Shown: in pieces, positions 28,128-38,903 of the stretch
Layout: each line of letters begins with the position of its first letter
Numbering within the stretch: position 1 is the first letter of the stretch
NCBI GenBank assembly: GCA_910576795.1
Contig: CAJTIX010000002.1
Location: 43,372 to 107,371, forward strand
Origin: an uncultured Bacilli bacterium
GTDB lineage: Bacteria > Bacillota_I > Bacilli_A > RF39 > UBA660
DNA: 64,000 nucleotides
Direction of reading: 5' to 3'
Position numbers and translations under genes: made by a program
The notes under the pieces: model-generated
Seen by the model: only the letters and a program-made list of their open reading frames with translations
Database searches by the model: none
What the model was told of the DNA's origin: nothing

Positions 28128-28470
28128 TAAGAGTATGACTTTGTATCACAAAAGATACAATCCCAAGACTAGAATTGATGAATGGGATAGATATTCAATT
28201 AAAAATGTGATGTGGCAAGGTGGAAAAGGTGCTAGTATCAATAAAGGCTATGAAAAAGCCAATGATATTAATGTTTGGATACCCTACGATCAGAACGAAG
28301 AATTGGAATTTATTTCGTTCGCTATTGGAGATATCATTGTCGAAGGAATTGTCGAGGATAATATCACGAAACAAAGTGATTTAAAAGTAGACAATTATAA
28401 TATCACAGCATCAATTAATAACAATTATGGAAGTTTTGATATGCAACATGTTTATTTAGGTGCAAAATAG
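28117..28470 (+). CDS. Putative head-tail joining protein
   Basis: Position; internal ATG start. Confidence 0.35.
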   Translation: METNKSMTLYHKRYNPKTRIDEWDRYSIKNVMWQGGKGASINKGYEKANDINVWIPYDQNEELEFISFAIGDIIVEGIVEDNITKQSDLKVDNYNITASINNNYGSFDMQHVYLGAK

Positions 28471-28904
28471 TGGAAGTAAAGTTAGAATTGAAACCTACTA
28501 GTACTATTATTGCAAATCTTGGTATTCAAGAGAAAGGTCCAGTGCATAAGTTTTTTACTAACGCTTGTTATAAATATATGTGTTCATTTGTTCCAGGAGG
28601 AATAAATAGTCATATTAATCAAAATGTATTTTTACAAGCAGATAGTATTACTTATTTAAGTTCTGATGCACATTACCAATATATTGGAAAAAAATATGTA
28701 GATCCGAAGTACAAAAAAGGTGCTTTTTTTAGTCCTGACTATGGTTATTGGTCAAGACCAGGTATTACAAAAATACCAACTAATATTGACCTAGAATATC
28801 ATACTCCAGGGACAGGTGCTTACTGGGATAAAAGAATGTGGACATCTAAAGGAAATCAAGTTTTAAAAGAAACACAAGAATATGCAGATAGAGGGTGTAA
28901 GTAA
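28470..28904 (+). CDS. Putative head-tail joining protein
   Basis: Position. Confidence 0.35.
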   Translation: MEVKLELKPTSTIIANLGIQEKGPVHKFFTNACYKYMCSFVPGGINSHINQNVFLQADSITYLSSDAHYQYIGKKYVDPKYKKGAFFSPDYGYWSRPGITKIPTNIDLEYHTPGTGAYWDKRMWTSKGNQVLKETQEYADRGCK

Positions 28905-29326
28905 TGATTGAAAATATAAGACAATACTTTATTGATAATAATATTATTGATGAAGAATGCAGAATCAATGTAGATTTTTTAGGAGAAAATCCTACAGAAT
29001 TTGCAATACTTCCTATACCTATAGACCCAAAAATATCAGAAGGACAATATATAGATGGAAGTGGAGAAAGACAATACCAATTCCAATTATTAAGTTGTAA
29101 CGATTATGGTGCTGATGTTATGCAAAATATGGCTAACAGTAGTTATTACGAGCAACTATACAATACAATTGAGAAATTGAATAAAAAGAGGATACTTCCT
29201 AAAATAGAAGGTATTCAATCTATTGAGTGTTTAAATAATGGTGCAATATTAGATGTAACAACTAATACTGCTAGATATTCTATACAAATGAAGATTACTT
29301 ATTTGAAAATTAAGAATCCAATGTGA
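28904..29326 (+). CDS. Putative tail completion/terminator protein
   Basis: Position. Confidence 0.35.
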   Translation: MIENIRQYFIDNNIIDEECRINVDFLGENPTEFAILPIPIDPKISEGQYIDGSGERQYQFQLLSCNDYGADVMQNMANSSYYEQLYNTIEKLNKKRILPKIEGIQSIECLNNGAILDVTTNTARYSIQMKITYLKIKNPM

Positions 29327-29353
29327 TTCTTTTTTATATGTGAGGAGGTTTAT

Positions 29354-29566
29354 ATGAAACCAATTAAATTTAAAAAAAACTGTAATTATAAAGGAAAAGA
29401 ATATGTGAGTGGCGATATTTTGACTGATATTTCAGATTTTTCAAGCATTTGGAAATTGAATGAAACAGGATTTATTGAATCAATCACAGAATCTGATTTT
29501 ATAAGATTACAAAAAGAAAATGTAAATGAGGAGGGACAAGAATGCAAGAAGAATACGAAAAAATAA
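29354..29566 (+). CDS. Hypothetical protein
   Basis: 70-aa ORF with GAGGAGG SD. Confidence 0.35.
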   Translation: MKPIKFKKNCNYKGKEYVSGDILTDISDFSSIWKLNETGFIESITESDFIRLQKENVNEEGQECKKNTKK

Positions 29567-30039
29567 CAAGAGATCAGCATGCAATTTATTTGGATGTAAC
29601 ACCAAAAGAAAAAACGGAAACGTGGAAATTGCTAGGATTTGGTGTAACTAATGGAAAAATTAATTATAATCCACAGATGGCTACTGAAAAATGGATTATT
29701 AACAAGAATAGTACAAGTTCACATGAAAGTAATCAAAAACAAATGGATGTAAATCAAAAATGTTATAAAAATGAACCTTGTTTTGAATATATGAATGGAT
29801 TACGTGATAAAACTGGGAAAGATGATCAAGGACATGCATTAGAAATAGATTTATGGAATGGTAAAGAAGTTGATGGTGTTATGAAATATCCTGCCAAAAG
29901 AAGTAATTGTGTTACTCCTGTTACATCATATATGGATGATACAGCAGTAATTGAATATTCAATATATTTCAATGGAGACCCTGTTGAGGGAACAGTAACT
30001 ATTGTTGATACAGTGCCAGTATTTACTCCTAATACTTAA
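29542..30039 (+). CDS. Putative major tail protein
   Basis: 165 aa directly upstream of chaperone pair and tape measure. Confidence 0.45.
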   Translation: MQEEYEKITRDQHAIYLDVTPKEKTETWKLLGFGVTNGKINYNPQMATEKWIINKNSTSSHESNQKQMDVNQKCYKNEPCFEYMNGLRDKTGKDDQGHALEIDLWNGKEVDGVMKYPAKRSNCVTPVTSYMDDTAVIEYSIYFNGDPVEGTVTIVDTVPVFTPNT

Positions 30040-30127
30040 TGAGATAAACAGCGAGAAAAATTTTGAGGTTACTGAAAAGTGATTTCGATTTTCTCGCTTT
30101 TTTTAATTATTAGAAAAGAGGTAGAAA

Positions 30128-30568
30128 ATGGATAAGTTAGTTTTAAAAAAAGAGGATACATATAAATTACAAGTAAATGATCAAGGAGAATATATCGAGT
30201 TTGATTTAACAGATTTAGGATTGCCTGAAAGGATAATGAATGCATCTGAAAATATTGCAAAAATAAACCAAGAATATTTAAGTGAAATTGCTAAATTAGA
30301 GAAAAAATATAAAGATGATGAAATAAATATGACAAAAGCCATCATTCAACTAGAAAGGAATAAATGCCTTCAAATGCGTGAAGAATTTGATAGTTTTTTA
30401 GGCGAAGGAGCTTGTCAAAAAATTTTTGGTAACAAAAATAGATATGGGATGTTTGAAGACTTATTCGATAGTTTAGAACCGCATTTTGCGAAAATGGAAA
30501 TAAATATTAGAAAAGCAAAAGAAAAGCTCGTAAAGAAGTACCTTCCTAATAAAAGTGATGTGATGTAA
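30128..30568 (+). CDS. Tail assembly chaperone
   Basis: First of the two ORFs upstream of the tape measure. Confidence 0.5.
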   Translation: MDKLVLKKEDTYKLQVNDQGEYIEFDLTDLGLPERIMNASENIAKINQEYLSEIAKLEKKYKDDEINMTKAIIQLERNKCLQMREEFDSFLGEGACQKIFGNKNRYGMFEDLFDSLEPHFAKMEINIRKAKEKLVKKYLPNKSDVM

Positions 30569-31141
30569 ATGATGAATGATTATCCTACAAAAATGGAAGC
30601 TAATGGTAGAATTTATCCAATTAATACAGATTATAGGATAGCACTGGCTTGCTTACAGGCATTAGATGATGAAACTATAAGTGATTTAGAACGTTTTTAT
30701 GCAGTTGAAAGTCTTTTATTAGGAACAGATGTTTTAAAAGAAGATGAAATTATTCTAGAAAATAAAATAGCAAATTATTTAAGATGTGGAAAAACTGAAA
30801 ATACATCTAGTGATGAAATAGATATGGACTATTTTCAAGATAGAAAACTTATACGTACTTCTATTCAACAAGTATATCATGGGCTAGACATTTCTGAAAT
30901 TGAGTATCTTCATTGGTACAAATATAATGAATTGATTGAAGGTTTGACCGAAGATAGTATTCTTGAAAGAACAAGACAATTAAGAACTTATGACACTAGC
31001 AATATCTCCGATGAAAAAGAAGTTCAACGTATAGAAAGAGCAAAACAAAAGGTAGCTTTGAAGAAAAAACAACCTCAATTAACTAATGAACAATTAAAAT
31101 CCACTTATAAATTTTATGAGTTAACTGGAATAAGGAGATGA
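30569..31141 (+). CDS. Tail assembly chaperone (second ORF)
   Basis: Position; abuts previous ORF. Confidence 0.45.
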   Translation: MMNDYPTKMEANGRIYPINTDYRIALACLQALDDETISDLERFYAVESLLLGTDVLKEDEIILENKIANYLRCGKTENTSSDEIDMDYFQDRKLIRTSIQQVYHGLDISEIEYLHWYKYNELIEGLTEDSILERTRQLRTYDTSNISDEKEVQRIERAKQKVALKKKQPQLTNEQLKSTYKFYELTGIRR

Positions 31142-31211
31142 TAAAACGGATGGTAAATTAGTAATAAAAACTGAAATAAATAATAAGAATGTTGATTCTC
31201 AAATAAAAGAA

Positions 31212-33074
31212 TTGGAACACAAAATAAATACAATGACTAAAACCTTAAAGACAGATGAAGAACTCCCAATTGGTGTAAAAATGGATGAAACAGATAGATT
31301 AAAACTTGAAAGTGATATTGAAAAACTAAAAAACAAACTAATGTCCTTAAAAGAAATCGGTTTAAAAAATTCATTGTCAGCAGTTAAGAATATAGAATTT
31401 AATCCCGATAAATTAACCAATAATCAATTTTCTTTATCTCAAAATAGTTTTTCAGGTTCTTTAACAAAAATGCGAGGAGATTTGCCTTATATCGCAAAGG
31501 ATATGAGTGATTTAAAAATTGAAATGAATGCTGTTAATGAGGAAACAAAGAAATTTGGTAAAAGTTCAAGTTCTAATTTTGATAAAGGAACTCAATCCTT
31601 AAAAAAATTTGCATTATCGTTATTTAGTATTGGCTCTGCATATGCATTAGTATCAAAAGCTAGTTCTGCATATATGTCCAATGACCTTGAATTATCAAAG
31701 AAACTACAAAATGTTTGGGTTGGTTTAGGAAGTTTTTTAGCTCCTGCGATTGAGTACATAAGCGACCTTATGATGAAAGGATTGGGGTATTTAAACGAAT
31801 TTGTAAAAGCACTAACAGGGATTGATTTTATCGCACGCGCAAATGCAAAGGCACTAGATAAACAAGCACAATCTCAAAAAAATTTAAATAAACAAACTTT
31901 TTCTTTTGATGAAATGAATATAGCACAAAGTACAAGTTCTAGTTCTTCTAGTGGTTCATCAGGCTTGATTGAAATTCCAGAATTGGATGATAGATTAGTT
32001 AAAAAATTACAAGATCTGGCGAAGTGGTTAAAAGAAAATTGGAATTGGATTAGTAAAGTGGGAATTGCATTAGGAGTTACATTTGGTGTTGCTAAAATAT
32101 CAGGTTTACTATCTAATATTGGTAAATTATTAGGTGGTTCTGGTAAAGGTTTAATTGGTTTAAAAGGAATGTTAGTGGGTTTAGCAGCCGTTTATACTAT
32201 TCAACTGTATATGAAAGGTTATCAAAAAATAAAACAGGCTTTAGATGAACTACATGAAGCAGTAAAAGCAAATACAGAAATGGAAAAAGGATTAACCGAA
32301 CAATCTCAAAAATTATCTGATAAATTTTGGAATTTAGCAGATAGTGGAAATGCTTCTGCCGAACAAATTGATGCATTTAAAGAATCTGTAAAACGTTCAA
32401 CAGATAGATTAGTAGGTCAATCAGATGCAATTGATAATAGTCAAATTAAATTTTTTGGTCTTACTATCAAGACAAAAGAGGCTGCACAACAACAAGAAGA
32501 GCTAGCAAAACAAGTGGAAATAGCCACAGATGATTATTACCAAATGTATCAGGCAGGATTAATAACTAAAGAAGAGTTAGATGACTTTGCCTCTAATACA
32601 CTAATTAAAGTTATCGAAAAGCTTAAAAGTAATGGTGTAGAAGTTGATAATCTAAAAACAAAATTTGAAAATTTAACTGGGCAAAATTATGATATCTATG
32701 TAAGAGCAAAATTACATGATGAAGTAACAAAACCTCTTATGGATATAATTAATAGGGACTGGAATAATGCATTTAATATTGTATTTGGAACTGCAGACAG
32801 AAATTGGGGTTCGACTGGAAACGGTGGAAGAAGATTTGCACGTGGTGATATTGTGACTCAACCAACTAGAGCTGTAATAGGTGAGGCAGGATATCCAGAG
32901 GCGGTACTTCCATTAACAGATGGATATTTATCAACATTAGCCAATTTGATACTAGGTGCTTCTAACCATAGGGGAAGTAATAGTTCAGTTAACAATATTT
33001 ACTTGGATTCAAGATTAATTCAAAGACAGATAAGAAAAGCAGATGAAGAATTATCATTTGCAATGAATAGGTAG
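31212..33074 (+). CDS. Tail tape measure protein
   Basis: 620 aa, coiled coil, glycine-rich hydrophobic central segment, position. Confidence 0.75.
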   Translation: MEHKINTMTKTLKTDEELPIGVKMDETDRLKLESDIEKLKNKLMSLKEIGLKNSLSAVKNIEFNPDKLTNNQFSLSQNSFSGSLTKMRGDLPYIAKDMSDLKIEMNAVNEETKKFGKSSSSNFDKGTQSLKKFALSLFSIGSAYALVSKASSAYMSNDLELSKKLQNVWVGLGSFLAPAIEYISDLMMKGLGYLNEFVKALTGIDFIARANAKALDKQAQSQKNLNKQTFSFDEMNIAQSTSSSSSSGSSGLIEIPELDDRLVKKLQDLAKWLKENWNWISKVGIALGVTFGVAKISGLLSNIGKLLGGSGKGLIGLKGMLVGLAAVYTIQLYMKGYQKIKQALDELHEAVKANTEMEKGLTEQSQKLSDKFWNLADSGNASAEQIDAFKESVKRSTDRLVGQSDAIDNSQIKFFGLTIKTKEAAQQQEELAKQVEIATDDYYQMYQAGLITKEELDDFASNTLIKVIEKLKSNGVEVDNLKTKFENLTGQNYDIYVRAKLHDEVTKPLMDIINRDWNNAFNIVFGTADRNWGSTGNGGRRFARGDIVTQPTRAVIGEAGYPEAVLPLTDGYLSTLANLILGASNHRGSNSSVNNIYLDSRLIQRQIRKADEELSFAMNR

Positions 33075-33081
33075 TGATAAT

Positions 33082-33450
33082 ATGTTTGTAGATAAAGATA
33101 GCGTTATAATTGATAATATATCAATGGGAAAATATTTAGTAAAAGTACTATTTGGTTATCATAAGATTTGGTCAGAAGATTCTGGGAGAACATTAAGTTT
33201 TAAACATATCGGTACTTTAGGTGGTATATTCCCTAAATTAACATTGTTTTTCCGAAGTTTATCTAATGAAGAACTTAAACTATTAGCACCAATTTTGGAT
33301 AGAGAAAATCAAACAGTTACATATGACGATCCAGTAAAAAATAGAAGACCGATGACTACATATTCTGGCGATTGGGAAATTGAATATGAAAACATGGGTA
33401 GAGGGAAGCCTTTTACTTGTGCGTTTATTGCAACAGAAAAGAGGCGTTAA
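33082..33450 (+). CDS. Small tail component (distal-tail-like position)
   Basis: 122 aa after TMP. Confidence 0.4.
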   Translation: MFVDKDSVIIDNISMGKYLVKVLFGYHKIWSEDSGRTLSFKHIGTLGGIFPKLTLFFRSLSNEELKLLAPILDRENQTVTYDDPVKNRRPMTTYSGDWEIEYENMGRGKPFTCAFIATEKRR

Positions 33451-36400
33451 TGAAAGTACATTCAAATAATTTTAAAAGTGCCATAAATAAGCATGGACGT
33501 GAATTAGATGCTATTATTCAATATACAATTGATAATAATGACCGAATATTAACAGGAGATGATATATATTCTATCGCTCCTGTTTTTCATGCAGATATTT
33601 TAATGTCTGTAATGAAAGAACTCTCTATTGATAGTGTAATTCAAATTCCTAAAGGAACAATTGTTAGTCTAAAAATAGGCACTAAAGTAGGAACAAATTA
33701 TGAATATCTAGATTTTGGAAACTATATTGTTTATGATAATGAATATAATGCAGACACGAGATCATATAGTCATATTTGCTATGATAAAATGTTGTATTCA
33801 ATGAAAGATTATGAAAAACTAGATATAACATATCCTATATCAGTTCGAGATTATATATCTGCAATATGTAACAAAATAGGAATCAATTTTGCAAATCATA
33901 ATTCTAAATTTGCAAATTATAATAAGCTAATCCAAAAAGAACTATATCTAGATTTAGGATATACTTATCGTGATATTTTAGACGAATTAGCCCAAGTAAC
34001 CGCAAGTACAATATGTATAAATAAAAACGATGAATTAGAAATTCGTTATATTAATGAAACAAATGAAATTATAAATGAAGATTTTTTAAAAGATAAAAAT
34101 GTTACTATAAAAAGTAAATATGGACCTGTTAATTCAATTGTTTTATCTAGAAGTGCTGAAACAGATAATATTTATCTCCAAGACGAATCTAGTATATCTA
34201 ATAATGGTTTATGCGAGATTAAAATCAAAGACAATCAGATTATGAATTGGAATGATAGGGATGAGTATTTACCCGATATATACATTAAATTAAATGGATT
34301 AGAGTATTATACAAATGATTTTGATAGTCCTGGTATATGCTATTTTGATGTTTGTGATAAATATAAAATATCTATTGATGACATTGAATATAACTGCATC
34401 ATGTTTAATGACGAAATAAAAATAAATAGTGGCTTATATGAAACTATTTATACAAGTATACCAAATAAAAGTGAGACTGATTATACTAAGGCGGATAAAA
34501 CAGATAGAAGATTAAAACAAACATATTTAATTGTTGATAAACAGGGTCAAAGAATTGATAGTGTTGTAAGTGATGTGTCAGAACATGATAAAAAGATAAC
34601 GCAAATCTCTCAAACTGTAGACACTATCCAACAACAAATCTCTGGCGAATACGGAATGGACCGTGAAACAACAGGAACAAATCAAGTATTCATAGAAGAT
34701 GCTATGAAGTATTATCCGCTAGAAATAAAAATAAGTGGATATTCGGATTTAAGCAAGTTAATCTATCCAAGTGCGAATTTATTTCCGAGTGCTAATCTGT
34801 TTCCAGTTGCTTATAAAGAACCAGCTTTAAATACAGTTCAATCCAAGAGCAAATCTCGAGCAAATTCTAGTCAATCTAAAATTGTAATTGGTGATTCAAT
34901 AGTTGCAACTACTACAAAAGAGCCATCTACTCAAACGTCGGGTAGTGTAACAGTGACAGTAACAGTAAATAAATCTGTAGTGCCAGATCCTTTAATTGCC
35001 AATGGATGGTCATTGTCAAATGATAATACAGTTTTGAAGAAGATATTTAACGAAAATGCAACAGAAATTCTTCATTTAATAGATGCTAACAATAGTACAA
35101 AAGCAATTGATTATAAGCTTGTTATAGATAATATAATTCCTGCTTATATAACATTATGCGTTGATAGCCAAGATAGAGAGCATCCAACTGAAAATCTAAA
35201 GGAATATCCAATTACTATTGGAAAGCCATTAAGGTCTTTAGGAAAGGTTAAAGATGAACTTTCAATAGCTCTCGAAAATGGAGAATTACAGGCTCAAATA
35301 ACACGTTATTTAGCGTATACGGGTAGTCAGATTGTTAAATTAGACAAACCTATCATTGAAGCGATAATGTGTCCAGCAATTGAGTTATTAGAGCATACAA
35401 ACTATGTTTATATTAAAGAACAACCAAATTATCAGATATACATTAAGTATCTTGTGTATAGCAAGTTTAATGAATTCTATGCAACTAAAGTAGAACTAGA
35501 AACTACAAGAAAGCAAACAGAAGACAGCATTATAGATACAGTATCTAAAACTTATTCTACAAAAGAAGAAATGGCTTTAGAAAAGTCAGAACGCATTCAA
35601 ACTGCTACAGAGATTAGCCAAAGTGTTACTCAATTACAAAAAGAAAACGAAAGCCTATCAACAAAAATGAAACAGACTGCTACAAGTTTTGAATTATTAG
35701 CAAGCGATAATAAAACAAGTGCAGGACTTACAATTAAATTGAAAAATAGTGATGGAACAGAATTGGATAGCAAAACAGCCAATATTTCAATGAGTGGACT
35801 AGTAAAATTTACAGATTTAAGCAGTTCTGGAAGTACTACAATAAATGGAGCAAATATTACGACTGGTTCAATAAGCGCTGATAGAGTAACTGGTGGGACT
35901 CTAAAAGGAACTACAATAGAAGGTAATACAATAAAAGGTGGAACTATTAGTGGTACTTCTATTAATACAGATAAAGACTTAACTGTAGGTAATAATATTT
36001 ATGTTGGTCAAAATCAAAACTCATCAGTTATAGATAAAAAAGCTATCTACTTTAGTGAGAAAACAAAATTAGAAAGAACAAAAGTGGGTAATAGTGAAAT
36101 TATTTCTTTATTAGGAAGTGACATTGTAACTGTTGGGACAGAAAAAGCACAAATACAGTTTGGACAACTTGGATTTAATGCATACGCTCCAAATTCTGCA
36201 GGAACAAGAGCTCAATCATTTTATACAACTGCAACTAATTTTGGAATTCAAAATGGTAATTTTGATTGTTATATAATAGGTGGAAATGGTATAAGTATGT
36301 CACATTCTCCATCAATTTCTTCTGATAAACGTTTGAAAAAGAAGATTAGAGATATTGATGTATCATGGATAGACAATCTAAAAATAAAAGAATTTGAATA

Positions 36401-36635
36401 TAAAAATACACCAGATAAAAGGCAAATTGGTTTAATTGCACAAGATTATGTTGATACGGAGTACTCTAAATACTTTTTAAATCAACGAGAAGACGGATAT
36501 TATGGAATTAATTATGGAAACATAACAAACGCATTAATTCAATATTGTCAAGAATTGAAACATTCAATTCAAGAACAACAAGAACAAATCAATGCATTAA
36601 AACAAGAAATAGAGGTGCTAAAAAATGAAAGATAA
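33450..36635 (+). CDS. Tail fibre / tail-associated protein with C-terminal intramolecular chaperone (peptidase S74) domain
   Basis: 1061 aa; C-terminus SDKRLKKKI...IGLIAQDYVDT...ALKQEIEVLKN matches the endosialidase-chaperone autoproteolytic domain; Gly/Thr-rich repeats upstream. Confidence 0.7.
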   Translation: MKVHSNNFKSAINKHGRELDAIIQYTIDNNDRILTGDDIYSIAPVFHADILMSVMKELSIDSVIQIPKGTIVSLKIGTKVGTNYEYLDFGNYIVYDNEYNADTRSYSHICYDKMLYSMKDYEKLDITYPISVRDYISAICNKIGINFANHNSKFANYNKLIQKELYLDLGYTYRDILDELAQVTASTICINKNDELEIRYINETNEIINEDFLKDKNVTIKSKYGPVNSIVLSRSAETDNIYLQDESSISNNGLCEIKIKDNQIMNWNDRDEYLPDIYIKLNGLEYYTNDFDSPGICYFDVCDKYKISIDDIEYNCIMFNDEIKINSGLYETIYTSIPNKSETDYTKADKTDRRLKQTYLIVDKQGQRIDSVVSDVSEHDKKITQISQTVDTIQQQISGEYGMDRETTGTNQVFIEDAMKYYPLEIKISGYSDLSKLIYPSANLFPSANLFPVAYKEPALNTVQSKSKSRANSSQSKIVIGDSIVATTTKEPSTQTSGSVTVTVTVNKSVVPDPLIANGWSLSNDNTVLKKIFNENATEILHLIDANNSTKAIDYKLVIDNIIPAYITLCVDSQDREHPTENLKEYPITIGKPLRSLGKVKDELSIALENGELQAQITRYLAYTGSQIVKLDKPIIEAIMCPAIELLEHTNYVYIKEQPNYQIYIKYLVYSKFNEFYATKVELETTRKQTEDSIIDTVSKTYSTKEEMALEKSERIQTATEISQSVTQLQKENESLSTKMKQTATSFELLASDNKTSAGLTIKLKNSDGTELDSKTANISMSGLVKFTDLSSSGSTTINGANITTGSISADRVTGGTLKGTTIEGNTIKGGTISGTSINTDKDLTVGNNIYVGQNQNSSVIDKKAIYFSEKTKLERTKVGNSEIISLLGSDIVTVGTEKAQIQFGQLGFNAYAPNSAGTRAQSFYTTATNFGIQNGNFDCYIIGGNGISMSHSPSISSDKRLKKKIRDIDVSWIDNLKIKEFEYKNTPDKRQIGLIAQDYVDTEYSKYFLNQREDGYYGINYGNITNALIQYCQELKHSIQEQQEQINALKQEIEVLKNER

Positions 36636-36798
36636 GATAATAGTCAGTTTAATAGTTGTTATAATCTTCTTACTATTTGTAGTTATTTCAGAAACTAAAT
36701 ACAACAAATATGACTTGAATAAAGATGGACAAGTTGATTTGACAGACTTATTAGAATTACAAAGATATTATATAGAAAGGCGTGATAAAAATGGCTAA
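36625..36798 (+). CDS. Small membrane protein with dockerin/EF-hand-like Ca-binding loop (57 aa)
   Basis: ATG overlapping the stop of the fibre gene; TM helix then DLNKDGQVDLTDLLELQRY, which matches the dockerin type I repeat consensus. Confidence 0.4.
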   Translation: MKDKIIVSLIVVIIFLLFVVISETKYNKYDLNKDGQVDLTDLLELQRYYIERRDKNG

Positions 36799-37420
36799 AA
36801 CATTTCAAATGGAAGATTTTGAGGATGCTGTAATAAGTGATGTCTATGTTGTCGTAAATGGAGTTAAATATCCTTTAATAGTAGAGTACGAAAAAGAAAG
36901 TACAACTCCAGTTAATTCAGATAAATTAAACAAGATAAAAAACACACTAGAGACTTTATGTAATGAAGGTGCAACTTCAAAAGATATTGTAATTGGTTTA
37001 GAAAGTAATACAACAGATGATACAAAATTATTCTTTGATGAAAATGAATTTGATGAAAATGGACTTGAAATCGGAAGCAAAGGTAGTGAAGTAGTAGATA
37101 GCTTGGAAGGAAATGAAAGCTATAAAGCACCGAGTGTAAGAGCAATTAAGAAAGCACTTTCCATTTGTGACTACGGTCAAACTGAAAATACACTTGTGCA
37201 AGTAAATGGATATGTAGATGTAAATATTACATTTTCTAAAGTATTTACAAAATCGCCAATGGTTGTATTAAGTATTGAAATGGATTCTACAAATGTAGAT
37301 TATACAAAGGTAACATGTATTGTAAATTCTAGGACAAAAACAGGTGCAACTATTAGAATATTTAATTCATCATCAGCAACAAAGCAACCAAGAATTAATT
37401 GGATAGCAATAGGAGAGTGA
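36791..37420 (+). CDS. Hypothetical tail/host-recognition protein
   Basis: Position between fibre and lysis genes. Confidence 0.4.
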   Translation: MAKTFQMEDFEDAVISDVYVVVNGVKYPLIVEYEKESTTPVNSDKLNKIKNTLETLCNEGATSKDIVIGLESNTTDDTKLFFDENEFDENGLEIGSKGSEVVDSLEGNESYKAPSVRAIKKALSICDYGQTENTLVQVNGYVDVNITFSKVFTKSPMVVLSIEMDSTNVDYTKVTCIVNSRTKTGATIRIFNSSSATKQPRINWIAIGE

Positions 37421-37426
37421 TAATAA

Positions 37427-38380
37427 ATGAAAGTAAGAAATCCAAAAACAGGAAATTTAGAAGAAGTATATGTAAAAGCAAGTGATACATTGCCAGTTGG
37501 CTCAATTGTAGAAATACCTGATGATATGACAGTGCCAGATGGTTGGGAAGAAATAGAAGACAAAGCTATGTATTTAAAAAATGTATATAACAGTGGTCGT
37601 ATTTGGCATGGAGATAAAGTTGCTACAGATATAAATGTTAATGCTGGTAATGGTGGAAAAGTTTATATGCTTTGTTATAGTGCACACGGGGATACAGGAA
37701 ATAATACATCTGCTTATATGGGAATGCTACGATGTGGATATGACCAAAATAATTATTCAATAACAACAATTTCTGAAGACAAAAAGGCATCTCTTCAGAT
37801 AAATTTTAGTATTGATGCAAATGGATATTTAGAATATCAAAAAAGTTCAACTAAGGGTGCAGCAAAGTTAAGTATCTATGAATTAACCAGTATTGGTTCT
37901 GGTGTTAAAAAAATAAGAAAAAAAGCGACTTCAATTGGAGTTACAGCAAAATCTTTAAATGAATATAGCAATAGTACAGAAAATGTTTATAGTTGTGATT
38001 ATGTAAATAAATTACACAGTTATTCTACAGAAGAACATATTGTTGGAATTTGTAAGAAAGAAGATGGAACAGAAGTTCCTTTGTATCAAAAAATGATTAG
38101 TGGAACCACACCAATAGTAAGTGAAAATGGAAAAACAGTAAATCAAGTTTACAACATTGGGGATAATATTGAATTAAGTTTTATTGAATTTGGGTTTGTA
38201 CACATATCTGGGCTTGGACAAGCAACAATCCCTTATATGTCAGATAGTGGCAATTTTGTTAAGGCAGTATCTAATAAAAGCACATTGACAATATTTTCTA
38301 ATAATGTATCTTTTGGGAATAGACCTTTTAATATATCAATTCTATATATAAAAAATACAAAACTTAAGGAGAGTGATTAA
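37427..38380 (+). CDS. Hypothetical tail/receptor-binding protein
   Basis: 317 aa, position. Confidence 0.4.
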   Translation: MKVRNPKTGNLEEVYVKASDTLPVGSIVEIPDDMTVPDGWEEIEDKAMYLKNVYNSGRIWHGDKVATDINVNAGNGGKVYMLCYSAHGDTGNNTSAYMGMLRCGYDQNNYSITTISEDKKASLQINFSIDANGYLEYQKSSTKGAAKLSIYELTSIGSGVKKIRKKATSIGVTAKSLNEYSNSTENVYSCDYVNKLHSYSTEEHIVGICKKEDGTEVPLYQKMISGTTPIVSENGKTVNQVYNIGDNIELSFIEFGFVHISGLGQATIPYMSDSGNFVKAVSNKSTLTIFSNNVSFGNRPFNISILYIKNTKLKESD

Positions 38381-38383
38381 AAA

Positions 38384-38680
38384 ATGGAAGATAAATATAT
38401 AGTACAAATACAACAAAATGAGGATCGTTCTAAATCCAATACAAAGCGATTAGATGAACATGATAAACAACTTAAAGAACTATCTAATGTATATGTAGCC
38501 TTAACAAAAGTAGATGATAAGGTTACAAATGTAGAAAGTGATGTATCAGAAATAAAAAACGATTTAAAAGAAATAAAGGACAAGCCGAATAAACAAATGA
38601 ATCAAATATGGAGCTGGGTTGTTGGTGGTTTAATTGGTGCAATAATTACATTTCTAGCTGTTAGGCTAGGGTTAAAGTAG
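38384..38680 (+). CDS. XhlA-family hemolysin-like lysis-associated protein
   Basis: Coiled coil plus C-terminal TM (WSWVVGGLIGAIITFLAV), directly before holin. Confidence 0.6.
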   Translation: MEDKYIVQIQQNEDRSKSNTKRLDEHDKQLKELSNVYVALTKVDDKVTNVESDVSEIKNDLKEIKDKPNKQMNQIWSWVVGGLIGAIITFLAVRLGLK

Positions 38681-38697
38681 AGAGAAGGTAAGATATA

Positions 38698-38901
38698 ATG
38701 AAAAATAAAAAAGATGTAGTAAAGTCATATATGACAATGGGTGGTTTAGGTTGTTTATATTTAATAACAGTAATAGCATTTTTTAAAGTAACAATGAGCG
38801 AAAATATATTTATGCTAGTATTTACTTTATTCAGTAATGTAATAACAAGTATTACGACTTATTATTTTGCAAGAAAAAATTTAGGAAAAGAAGGAGAGTA
38901 G
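38698..38901 (+). CDS. Holin
   Basis: 67 aa, two TM helices, charged C-terminus, upstream of endolysin. Confidence 0.65.
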   Translation: MKNKKDVVKSYMTMGGLGCLYLITVIAFFKVTMSENIFMLVFTLFSNVITSITTYYFARKNLGKEGE

Positions 38902-38903
38902 TT

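Noticed and set aside
30128-31141. Programmed -1 frameshift between the two tail chaperone ORFs
   Set aside because: ORFs abut without overlap, and no clear slippery heptamer was found near the 3' end of the first ORF; cannot support from sequence alone.
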